Positions 24,512 to 32,000 of a stretch of DNA of 32,000 bases are shown in pieces. This DNA is from an uncultured archaeon. GTDB lineage: Archaea > Iainarchaeota > Iainarchaeia > Iainarchaeales > JAAZKV01. Location: assembly GCA_964551375.1 (NCBI GenBank), contig CAZKBG010000001.1:540001-572000 (forward strand), in the 5' to 3' direction. Position 1 is the first letter of the stretch, and the number at the start of each line of letters is the position of its first letter. The notes under the pieces are model-generated. The model did not search any database. It was given only the letters and a program-made list of their open reading frames with translations, and had not been told where the DNA came from. Made by a program: the position numbers and the translations under genes.

Positions 24512-25771
24512 ATGGAAGACGTTTTTTACACAACAACTCCAGCGCTTAAAGCAAGAGTAAAACAGAGATACTCTGATTTCATGGTTGAAGAAGTGCTTGA
24601 AGACGGATATGTTTGCAAAATTGAAAGATTTAACAAAACCTTTGAGGAAAGAGGATTTAGAGAGCCGATGATGATTGCGGAAAGAAAAGGCGAAGAACAC
24701 CTTTTGCTTGACATGGAAAAAATTAACACTGATACTGCAAGCGCAATAGCATTTGTTTCAAGAGGACTAAACGTAAGCAAAAAAAGAGTAGGATACGCTG
24801 GGCTAAAAGACAAACGAGCAATAACCTGCCAAAGAATCAGCCTCTATATGCCTAACGCAGCGCTTGTGGAGAAATTTGGAATAAAGGGAGTGGAAATTAG
24901 AAACCCTGTATGGAGTAATAAGCGAATTGAGCTTGGAGAATTAAAAGGAAACAAATTCACGCTTGTACTTAGAGATATTTCACAAAATGAAGAAGAAGTG
25001 CGAAAAATTCTTGACGAATTTATTATTCAAGTTGGAAAAGGAGTGCCTAATTACTTTGGAAACCAGAGATTCGGCGGGAAAAGAATGATAACCCACAAAG
25101 TAGGAAAATTAATGCTCAAAGGCGATTTTGAAAAAGCAATAAAAATGTACTTGACTGAAACTTATGAAGAAGAAAAAGAGGATTTAAAGAATGCAAGAAT
25201 TAACCTTGCAAAAACATGGGACTACAAAAAAGCGCTCCTTGAATTTCCATTTGACGCAAGAAGCGAAAGAGCAATAATCAACCACTTAATAAGATACCCA
25301 AATGATTACGCCGGCTCATTTCAAACACTTACTAAAAAAATCAGATACCTATTCTCTCACGCAGTGCAGAGCGACATTTTCAATAAAATACTTGAAGAAA
25401 GAATACGCGAATTTGGAGGACAGGCGCTTGATGTTATTGACGGAGATGTACTCGTTGACGGAGTTCCTGCAATAATTCTTCCAGGATTTGAAAGCGCATA
25501 CGCAGGCGGAAAAGCAGGGGAGATTGAGAAAAGAGTGCTTGAAAGAGAAGGCGTGAACTTTAGCGATTTTAAAACAGAAAAAATGAGCGAACTCTCAAGC
25601 AAAGGAGACAGAAAAGCAATAAAATTAATTCCTGCTGATTTTAAAGTTGAAAAAATAGGAAAGGATGAATTTAACGAAGGAAAACTAACCGTAACGCTGT
25701 CATTTTTCTTAACAAAAGGAAACTACGCAACAACTATACTAAAAGAACTACTAAAAGAAGAAGTATTTTGA
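24512..25771 (+). CDS. truD: tRNA pseudouridine synthase TruD/Pus7 family
   Basis: RYSDFMVEEV, catalytic-Asp motif GYAGLKDKRAIT and NYFGNQRFG. Confidence 0.9.
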   Translation: MEDVFYTTTPALKARVKQRYSDFMVEEVLEDGYVCKIERFNKTFEERGFREPMMIAERKGEEHLLLDMEKINTDTASAIAFVSRGLNVSKKRVGYAGLKDKRAITCQRISLYMPNAALVEKFGIKGVEIRNPVWSNKRIELGELKGNKFTLVLRDISQNEEEVRKILDEFIIQVGKGVPNYFGNQRFGGKRMITHKVGKLMLKGDFEKAIKMYLTETYEEEKEDLKNARINLAKTWDYKKALLEFPFDARSERAIINHLIRYPNDYAGSFQTLTKKIRYLFSHAVQSDIFNKILEERIREFGGQALDVIDGDVLVDGVPAIILPGFESAYAGGKAGEIEKRVLEREGVNFSDFKTEKMSELSSKGDRKAIKLIPADFKVEKIGKDEFNEGKLTVTLSFFLTKGNYATTILKELLKEEVF

Positions 25772-25818
25772 AGTTTGGTTGACTAAGTTAAATTTTCTAC
25801 AAATAGAAGCGTGAGTTT

Positions 25819-27177
25819 TTATCCAACCCAGTCAGAGTAATCATAAATTGTTGAATTAGTATCTCTTAGCCACTTAACTAAATAATTGCGCAAAGAGCCT
25901 GAAATGTATTTCTTAGGCTGTGGAACACACTTGTCTGAATCAGGAGCCACTATTACATACTCTCCGCGGTTAATTATCTTGCCTTTAATTGCGGACAAAT
26001 CATATGAATTGTAATCATACAAAACAAAACTTCCTCCGTTTTCAACAAACGCATTCCAATCCCCGATATCATAAGAACATTCTGCCACAATTCCCTCATA
26101 ATAAAAATAAACCCACTTATCACTGGCAATTTCACAGTTTTTCACAAATGAATCATTTGGAATTGACGGAGTGCTGTACCCAGCAGTTGAAATAAATCCA
26201 TACGAAGCTGAAATAAAAAATAATGCAAAAATAATGAAAAATAAGGCAATTATTTTTTTATTTTTATTTGCAACAAGAGCCGCATTAAATGCAACTCCTG
26301 GAACAAGCATGTTCATAAAACGCATTTCTTTTATTCCTGAAAGAGCAAACATTACCGCGCCAATTACGCCAGTAATATCAAGCGGGTGAACTTGTTTATC
26401 TTTTAATTTTGCCCAAATCAAAAGGACTGCAAATGAGGCTATGACAAGCAACTGGTCCGTATTGAAAGGAGCAATAATTCCCTTCATTTGAACATTTAAG
26501 AAAGATGATTCATAAATGCTGAAAATCGGGTTTCCTGTAAAGAGATAATTATACACCATCCAAGGAAGCCATATCACAAGTATTGGAAGAATAAATTTTC
26601 CAATATCTTTTGGCTTTTTTCGAAGCTCAAAAATGAAAACAACAATAAAAACCAAAAAATTGTATCTTGAAAGCGTGGCAAGCGCAAACGCAATTCCTTT
26701 TTTCCACGGAGAAAGCACAGCATATGCAAGACACAGAAATGCAAGCGCGGGCAAATCAGAGCCGTAATTTGACGCAAATAAAATTGTAGGGAATAAGAAA
26801 ACAACTAAAGCAAAGATGAACTGATTTAGTTTATTTTTATGCCTTGAAAAAATCAAAACCATTGATATAAAGTAAATTATTGCAGCAAATGCCGTAGTAA
26901 TAAGCATTGCATAATCTCCCGCGCCAAAAACACAATTCAAAAATGAAGGAAGAGGGGGGCGGATAAATTCAAAATAAATTTGATTTCCGCAAAACCATTT
27001 GCCTCCAAAAATATATGCAGTAGTGTCCCAGGCAATATGAGAAATATGAAACAACTGGATTATTAAAAAAGGAATAAAAAAAGTCACAAGCCATTTGTAG
27101 CTAAACAAAAAGCTTTTTGCTCTTTCAAAAGCCAAAAGCCCTTTCTTTTGAGCCGGTTTAATGCTTGATTTTGACAT
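25819..27177 (-). CDS. Polytopic membrane protein with a C-terminal extracytoplasmic domain; possible GT-C-type glycosyltransferase
   Basis: It has about 11-12 hydrophobic segments and a first loop HISHIAWDTTAYIFGG with an acidic residue. The soluble tail of about 120 aa contains 4 Cys. It is the last gene of the GT2 operon, 8 nt after the upstream gene. The functional call is weak. Confidence 0.4.
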   Translation of the reverse strand: MSKSSIKPAQKKGLLAFERAKSFLFSYKWLVTFFIPFLIIQLFHISHIAWDTTAYIFGGKWFCGNQIYFEFIRPPLPSFLNCVFGAGDYAMLITTAFAAIIYFISMVLIFSRHKNKLNQFIFALVVFLFPTILFASNYGSDLPALAFLCLAYAVLSPWKKGIAFALATLSRYNFLVFIVVFIFELRKKPKDIGKFILPILVIWLPWMVYNYLFTGNPIFSIYESSFLNVQMKGIIAPFNTDQLLVIASFAVLLIWAKLKDKQVHPLDITGVIGAVMFALSGIKEMRFMNMLVPGVAFNAALVANKNKKIIALFFIIFALFFISASYGFISTAGYSTPSIPNDSFVKNCEIASDKWVYFYYEGIVAECSYDIGDWNAFVENGGSFVLYDYNSYDLSAIKGKIINRGEYVIVAPDSDKCVPQPKKYISGSLRNYLVKWLRDTNSTIYDYSDWVG

Positions 27178-27185
27178 AAAAAAAA

Positions 27186-27830
27186 TTACTGACAGCCGAA
27201 TTCTTTTGAAAGCTCCGCCAAACCAACAGGAGCATTAATTTTATTCCCATCAATTACAATTGTCCCCGGGCGAGTCACACCGTATTTCTTTTCAATAATC
27301 TGCGTGAATTCATATGAAGGCCACGCATAAGGGAAATTAAACGCCCTAAAAGAATCGCATGTTTTTCTAAGCTCATTAATCTGCGAACCTATTACCCCGC
27401 ACTCAACTTCACAGGAATTATCTTCAGCATAAAAGAAAAGAACCGCTTTTTTGTTCAAATCGCATGATTCCTGTGATTTTAAAAAACTTCTATAAAGAAT
27501 CATATTAGTCATAAGATAATTTCTTTTCACCAAAAAGAACTCGTTAGTGCTTACTGAATTATCCTTAAACATCGCAAGCTGTTTTTCAAGAGTATCAGAG
27601 CGTTTTGAAAGATTTTCAATTCCCTGATTTATAATTGTGCAGTAAACTTCCCTGTTATTTACGTCAAAATCAAGATACGCGGATTGAAGCTCATTCTCAA
27701 GAGCAAACTGCCTTATCTCGTCGTTGAACTGAGATGCTTTGGAGCTTTCAGAAGTTGTAACCACCACAAAAAGCACAATTACTATCAGAATTGTAGCAAT
27801 TATTGCGGCTATGTAGACACTCTTACCCAT
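27186..27830 (-). CDS. N-terminally anchored protein with a thioredoxin-like C-terminal region (CxxxC)
   Basis: One TM segment (VYIAAIIATILIVIVLFVVV). AVLFFYAEDNSCEVECGVIGSQINEL followed by YGVTRPGTIVIDG resembles the Trx strand-CxxC-helix and cis-Pro pattern, but with SCEVEC. The start overlaps the GT2 gene by 22 nt. Confidence 0.4.
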   Translation of the reverse strand: MGKSVYIAAIIATILIVIVLFVVVTTSESSKASQFNDEIRQFALENELQSAYLDFDVNNREVYCTIINQGIENLSKRSDTLEKQLAMFKDNSVSTNEFFLVKRNYLMTNMILYRSFLKSQESCDLNKKAVLFFYAEDNSCEVECGVIGSQINELRKTCDSFRAFNFPYAWPSYEFTQIIEKKYGVTRPGTIVIDGNKINAPVGLAELSKEFGCQ

Positions 27831-29134
27831 TTGGTTTTCACCCCAAGCATTTCCTTAAAATAACTCAATGTATAAGTAAATGTAATAAAATAAGGATATA
27901 TAAAAATAAGCATTGCTAGCACCGGCAAATCAGACACTTTAGGCCATCTTTTAGCAAAGGCAAATGAAATTGAGAAGTATAAAGTCACCACAATATAAGT
28001 CATTGCAAAGAAAATAACCGACGGCGGAACTGTCAGCATTATAAAGTCAAGATTAATCAGCCCCCCAAGCATAATATAGTTTATTGTAATTGACAAATAA
28101 TTTTCCAAATCAATCGCAAACAAAATAATCAGCCTTAAAAGAACCGCAATTGTAAGAACATTTGCAAAAAACACAAAAGGCATTACAAAAAATCCAAAAT
28201 CAGGATTCTTTTTATCAAACATCAAAGATTTGTAGCGGACAAAATTAAAAGTTGCCCCCCTATACCACCTGTCACGCTGGGTGAAGAGGCTTTTCCATGA
28301 GTTTGGAACATCAGTAAGAGTTAGAGCGTCAGCGGCGCACATGATTTTGTACCCGTGCTTTTTCAATCTTAACCCATATTCAGTGTCTTCTGTAAGATTC
28401 CCCGCTTCAAAACCTCCAAGTTCATCAAAAATCTTTTTTCTAAATATAGTCATCGGACCCGGAACAACATGCGAAGAATCAATTGAGGCAAGAAGAGAAT
28501 TATTCATCCCAAAACTTGAAAGGTACTCAAAGTACTGGATTTTTTGAATAATTGTTTTAGTTTTATCAGGGAGAGCAAGCCCTGTCACTGCAGCAACTTT
28601 TTCATCTTCAAAATATCCAAGAGTTTTATATAAAATGCCTTCTTCAGGATATGAATCCGAATCAATGCACATAATCATTTCTGTTTTTGCTTTTTTTATT
28701 CCCGCATTAACCGCCATTGAGCGCCCCATATTTTTTGGCTGCTTAATTAACGTGATTCCTTTTATTTTCTTTAAAATCTGAGTGGTGCCGTCAGTACAGC
28801 AATCATCAACAACAATTATGTCAATTTTTTTAGGATACTTTATTTTCTTAACAGTCCTAATGCACTCTTCAATAGTGTTTTTAGAATTAAACACTGGAAT
28901 TATTACTGAAATAGTGGGAAATCTTTTCGGAGGCATGGACTTGCCGCTCTTTGGATAAGCCACATACAAAAATACGTAAATTAGTATTCCAAATAGAACC
29001 ACTGAGTTAAAAACAATCCATACAAACACTGTAGGAAGGATGAAACTCAAAATAAGAACAACAATAATCAGAACTAATAAAGCGCCTAATAGAAAATACC
29101 TGTCAAACAACCCAAGCTTTTGCACATCAGACAT
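27809..29134 (-). CDS. Processive family-2 glycosyltransferase (PgaC/IcaA/NodC/cellulose-synthase-like polysaccharide synthase)
   Basis: VIIPVFNS, VVDDCCTDGT, CIDSDS, TEDTEYGLRL and QRDRWYRG form the D,D,D,Q(Q/R)xRW signature. Two N-terminal and about four C-terminal TM segments are present. Confidence 0.85.
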   Translation of the reverse strand: MSDVQKLGLFDRYFLLGALLVLIIVVLILSFILPTVFVWIVFNSVVLFGILIYVFLYVAYPKSGKSMPPKRFPTISVIIPVFNSKNTIEECIRTVKKIKYPKKIDIIVVDDCCTDGTTQILKKIKGITLIKQPKNMGRSMAVNAGIKKAKTEMIMCIDSDSYPEEGILYKTLGYFEDEKVAAVTGLALPDKTKTIIQKIQYFEYLSSFGMNNSLLASIDSSHVVPGPMTIFRKKIFDELGGFEAGNLTEDTEYGLRLKKHGYKIMCAADALTLTDVPNSWKSLFTQRDRWYRGATFNFVRYKSLMFDKKNPDFGFFVMPFVFFANVLTIAVLLRLIILFAIDLENYLSITINYIMLGGLINLDFIMLTVPPSVIFFAMTYIVVTLYFSISFAFAKRWPKVSDLPVLAMLIFIYPYFITFTYTLSYFKEMLGVKTKWVRVST

Positions 29135-29253
29135 TTTTTCACATTCTCTTTTGAATTTATTACTTCATTCTGACTTTTGACTTAATAAGAACTGATTTTA
29201 ACAGTATTAAATACTTTTGAGTCAAACCTATAAAACAAAAAAATGCATCAGGA

Positions 29254-29973
29254 TTATTTGATGCTGCCTATAATATCGTTAACCGAATTTAAAAGCGCGT
29301 TTGCATCAGGATAAGCCTGAAGCACTACTAACTGGTTTACCACGCTTATTGTGTCGCGACCTGTCGCAAAAATCTTCAAACTATTTTTTGATAAATACGC
29401 TGCATTCTCTTCCCCAATGCTAATAAGTATTTTCATTTTTGAATCATCCTTCAAAAGCGCTGCGCAGGAACTAGCATCAATTCTTTTGCTCACTGAAATA
29501 TTGCCGTCATTTGTAACGCAAAAAGCAACATTATTATTTTCATCAATTGCCCTGTTAAGCATAATTGCGTTTTTATTTGACGCTTTTAAAACAACAAGCC
29601 AGGTAAGCTCTGAATCAACAACCATCTGGTCCCTTGTCTGGGTTCCTGTATCAATTGAAACATAAATGTCATTATTGCTCTTCATTTCTTTAAAGAACTC
29701 GCTTGGGACGTAATCATTTGAAAGGTAAGATACCCCGTTAATATTGTAAGAATACTTATACTTAGGCATCGAAAAGAAGAGCGCAAGCGCGATAATGAGC
29801 ACTAAAACTACTGCCCCGATAATCAAAAACTTAGTGTTAATTCCTTTTCCTGACTTTTTTTTCTCTTTCGAATAGTTCTCGCCGCTTGCAACATCGGCTT
29901 TTTCAGCCGCGCTTGGCTCGCTTTTAACATCAATTACCTTAATACTATCCTTGCTTGCTTTCTTTTCAACCAT
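29254..29973 (-). CDS. Hypothetical single-pass membrane protein (Lys/Glu-rich cytoplasmic N-terminus, extracytoplasmic domain of about 170 aa)
   Basis: TM segment FLIIGAVVLVLIIALALFF. No recognisable motif. AAGGT lies 7 nt before the ATG. Confidence 0.5.
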   Translation of the reverse strand: MVEKKASKDSIKVIDVKSEPSAAEKADVASGENYSKEKKKSGKGINTKFLIIGAVVLVLIIALALFFSMPKYKYSYNINGVSYLSNDYVPSEFFKEMKSNNDIYVSIDTGTQTRDQMVVDSELTWLVVLKASNKNAIMLNRAIDENNNVAFCVTNDGNISVSKRIDASSCAALLKDDSKMKILISIGEENAAYLSKNSLKIFATGRDTISVVNQLVVLQAYPDANALLNSVNDIIGSIK

Positions 29974-30185
29974 ACAAATAACCTTCTACAAAAGTAATAT
30001 AAATAAATTCAAAATCATAGCCAACTAACGAATAAACCAAAATAATTCTGCCTCACAAAATCAATAACTTAGACACTTGGCTAATAATTTAATAATTCCA
30101 CCTTTAAATTTAAATAAAAATTAAAAAAATAAAAATAACCCTCATAAATATTCTAACAAATAAATCAAAAATTTCGTTTGATGTT

Positions 30186-30226
30186 AAAAAAAATAGAAAA
30201 AGAAAAAGGGAATTGCTTCCCTTTTT
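30186..30226 (-). terminator. Hairpin plus long T-run after the S-layer gene
   Basis: On the minus strand, AAAAAGGG-aagcaatt-CCCTTTTT (30226-30203) lies 15 nt after the stop. It is followed by CTTTTTCTATTTTTTTT. Confidence 0.6.
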
Positions 30227-30240
30227 CTTTACTTCAATAT

Positions 30241-32000
30241 TTACTGTAGAGTATCTAAAGCTGCGATTAATGCTTGTGCAGCTGTAGCTGTGTCGTCTGC
30301 AGTCCATCCTGCTACAACTATGCTACCGTCTTCTAGAACAGCTGATACGTAGTCTCCGCCAGCAGTTAGTCTGCTTTCAAGAGTTTCTCCGCCAACCATC
30401 ATTGACTTTGATACTTTAGTGTTTGCCATCCATCCACCAACAAGGATTGATTTTCCGTATGATGATGTCTTGTCTGACTTAACTAAGTTAGCAACTGGTG
30501 TTACAGTTACGCCTGAAGCTGTGCCTGCTGTTCCTGAGATAGAGTTAACTTTTACAGTTACTCCACCGTTAGTAACAAGGTCGCCTGCTTTAACGCCTGT
30601 GTAGTCAGTTCCTGCGCCTGGTGTTGATACTAAATCAGCACCGCCCAAGTATACCTGTGCTTGTCTTCTTTCTTCTGGCAATACAACTGTGAATACGCTT
30701 CCGTCTGAAGAGATTGAAGTTCCGTATTGAGTCATACCGCTTTCTAAGTAGTCTGATCCTCCTCTAATTGAGTCATTCCACTGTGAAGATGCAGCATCTT
30801 TAGTTGGAGCAGATAAGTTAGTGCTGTTTGCTTCAACGTCAAGAACGTTTCCTGTTGCTGTGTTGATGTACATGTTTACATCCTTTGTTGCTAGTGATCC
30901 AGTTACTCCTTCATTGAACTTGAATACTGCAACGTTGAATGATTTATCATTTGTATAGCCCAAAGTTGATGAGTGAGGCTCGTACCATGATCTATTTATA
31001 TCCCCAGTTTCAGTTTCGCCTGATGGAACAGCAGTACCCAAAAATGTCAGCTCAGTAGTGTAGTTAAGAGCTGTTTTGCTGTACAAGTCAAATGTTTGAT
31101 CTCCAGCCAATGCTAGGTAGTTGTCCTTCATCAAATTACCAACTGATACTGTTGTTGGATATCTGAACACATAATCTGTTTTGTCAACTATTCCGTTTCC
31201 GTAAGCGCCTAAATCTAAGCTTACTGTAGGGAATGTTGGAGCTAGAACAGGTGTGCCAGTAACTAACTTGCTTGTCCATGTTACTGTATTTGACCAATCT
31301 CCAGATGAGTTATTGTCAAATGATCCTAAAGCATATTGCAGAACAGAGTCTGTATTAACATCTGCCTTGTCAAAGAAATGGAATGTGTATGTTCTTCCAT
31401 TGATTGTTACTTTAGAATATGCATCTTCTGTCAACTGGTTTTCAACATAGAACGGTAGTTCGATTGTTGAACCCTTATAGTCCTTGTATGCTAACTTTCC
31501 CCCACCTAAAGTGTGAGTTGTAGTTGGCTTGTCTTCAAGTCCTACGAAGCTCAATTTAGCGAAGTTAGTTCCGATGTTAATTGATTCACCAACTTTTAAT
31601 GGTGCTTTAACAAGGTCTGAAGTTGATCCTGAAGTCTGATCGTATCTCCAGTTGTTATAGATTTTAATACTATTCAACTTATAGTTGCCTGCTGTGCCGT
31701 AATCAATATCAGCTTTCCAAGCAGCTTTGTTGTTTTCGCTACTGTTTGTTGAGTATGGGAATGCTTCGTTGTCTCTAATTTCAAGTCTTGTGTTACCTGT
31801 TCTTAGTGACACGTATGCTTTTCCTGCTGTTGTAGCACTTATACCAACGTATGTAACGTAAACAGTGTCAGCGAATTTGTCGCCGAATGCGCTCTTTAGG
31901 TCAGTATTGTTTGAAATATTGTCCTTTGAGTCAACAACAGTTGATCCGTCCTTTAGAACGAATGATGCTGTGTATGTTACGTTATCAGCAGTTTTTGTTA
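30241..32000 (-). CDS. S-layer / major surface protein; the N-terminal part lies outside the window
   Basis: The frame stays open from 31812 to base 32000 (checked codon by codon, no stop). The protein is Thr/Ser/Gly/Val/Asn/Tyr-rich and lacks Cys. The C-terminal ILVGGWMANTKV...GSIVVAGWTADDTATAAQALIAAL resembles the archaeal S_layer_C domain. Codon usage is distinct and a strong terminator follows. Confidence 0.7.
   Translation of the reverse strand, partial: TKTADNVTYTASFVLKDGSTVVDSKDNISNNTDLKSAFGDKFADTVYVTYVGISATTAGKAYVSLRTGNTRLEIRDNEAFPYSTNSSENNKAAWKADIDYGTAGNYKLNSIKIYNNWRYDQTSGSTSDLVKAPLKVGESINIGTNFAKLSFVGLEDKPTTTHTLGGGKLAYKDYKGSTIELPFYVENQLTEDAYSKVTINGRTYTFHFFDKADVNTDSVLQYALGSFDNNSSGDWSNTVTWTSKLVTGTPVLAPTFPTVSLDLGAYGNGIVDKTDYVFRYPTTVSVGNLMKDNYLALAGDQTFDLYSKTALNYTTELTFLGTAVPSGETETGDINRSWYEPHSSTLGYTNDKSFNVAVFKFNEGVTGSLATKDVNMYINTATGNVLDVEANSTNLSAPTKDAASSQWNDSIRGGSDYLESGMTQYGTSISSDGSVFTVVLPEERRQAQVYLGGADLVSTPGAGTDYTGVKAGDLVTNGGVTVKVNSISGTAGTASGVTVTPVANLVKSDKTSSYGKSILVGGWMANTKVSKSMMVGGETLESRLTAGGDYVSAVLEDGSIVVAGWTADDTATAAQALIAALDTLQ

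Noticed and set aside
24498-24560. 20-codon upstream ORF (MKMIIWKTFFTQQLQRLKQE) overlapping the truD start out of frame
   Set aside because: It is short and has no SD. In AT-rich sequence it is most simply explained by chance.
1-32000. CRISPR arrays, rRNA genes, IS elements with catalytic transposases, toxin-antitoxin pairs
   Set aside because: On visual scanning of the intergenic regions I noticed no regularly spaced direct repeats, rRNA-like sequence or DDE/integrase-like ORFs. The only transposase-like signal is the isolated HTH protein at 5087-5545.

Overview
This is an AT-rich archaeal chromosome segment; hand counts of sample lines give about 35-40% G+C. Archaeal hallmarks are topoisomerase VI A and B, aRF1, ribosomal protein L10e/uL16, Dph2, archaeal-type UMP kinase, TruD and a tRNA with a bulge-helix-bulge intron. 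Lys-rich proteins, insertions in core proteins, frequent TTG starts behind GGTGA-type Shine-Dalgarno sites and large surface proteins suggest an uncultivated, possibly DPANN-like archaeon. That lineage assignment is inference only.

Gene order from left to right:
- the 3' end of a LamG-domain surface protein
- RIO kinase and a KH (Dim2-like) protein
- top6B and top6A
- a minus-strand trio: a PP-loop-less ThiI-like THUMP protein, an Mre11/SbcD-like phosphoesterase and a GC-rich HTH protein
- a copper module: a membrane-tethered wHTH regulator divergent from copZ, an HMA-permease-cupredoxin fusion and copA
- a short DUF1846 protein
- tRNA-Cys and an intron-containing tRNA-Gly(CCC)
- nitroreductase, a DUF523/TudS-like fusion, a Cys-rich lipoprotein and an EamA transporter
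- uL16, ppsA, cutA, dph2, a membrane protein, pyrH, aRF1 and truD
- an envelope cluster: a GT-C-like membrane protein, a Trx-like anchored protein, a processive GT2 synthase and an anchored hypothetical protein
- a partial S-layer gene running off the right edge

I saw no CRISPR array, rRNA, integrase or transposase catalytic domain. The most unusual items are the THUMP/phosphoesterase/HTH trio, the membrane-tethered regulator with the tri-domain copper protein, the 84-nt structured tRNA-Gly intron and the TudS-like fusion.
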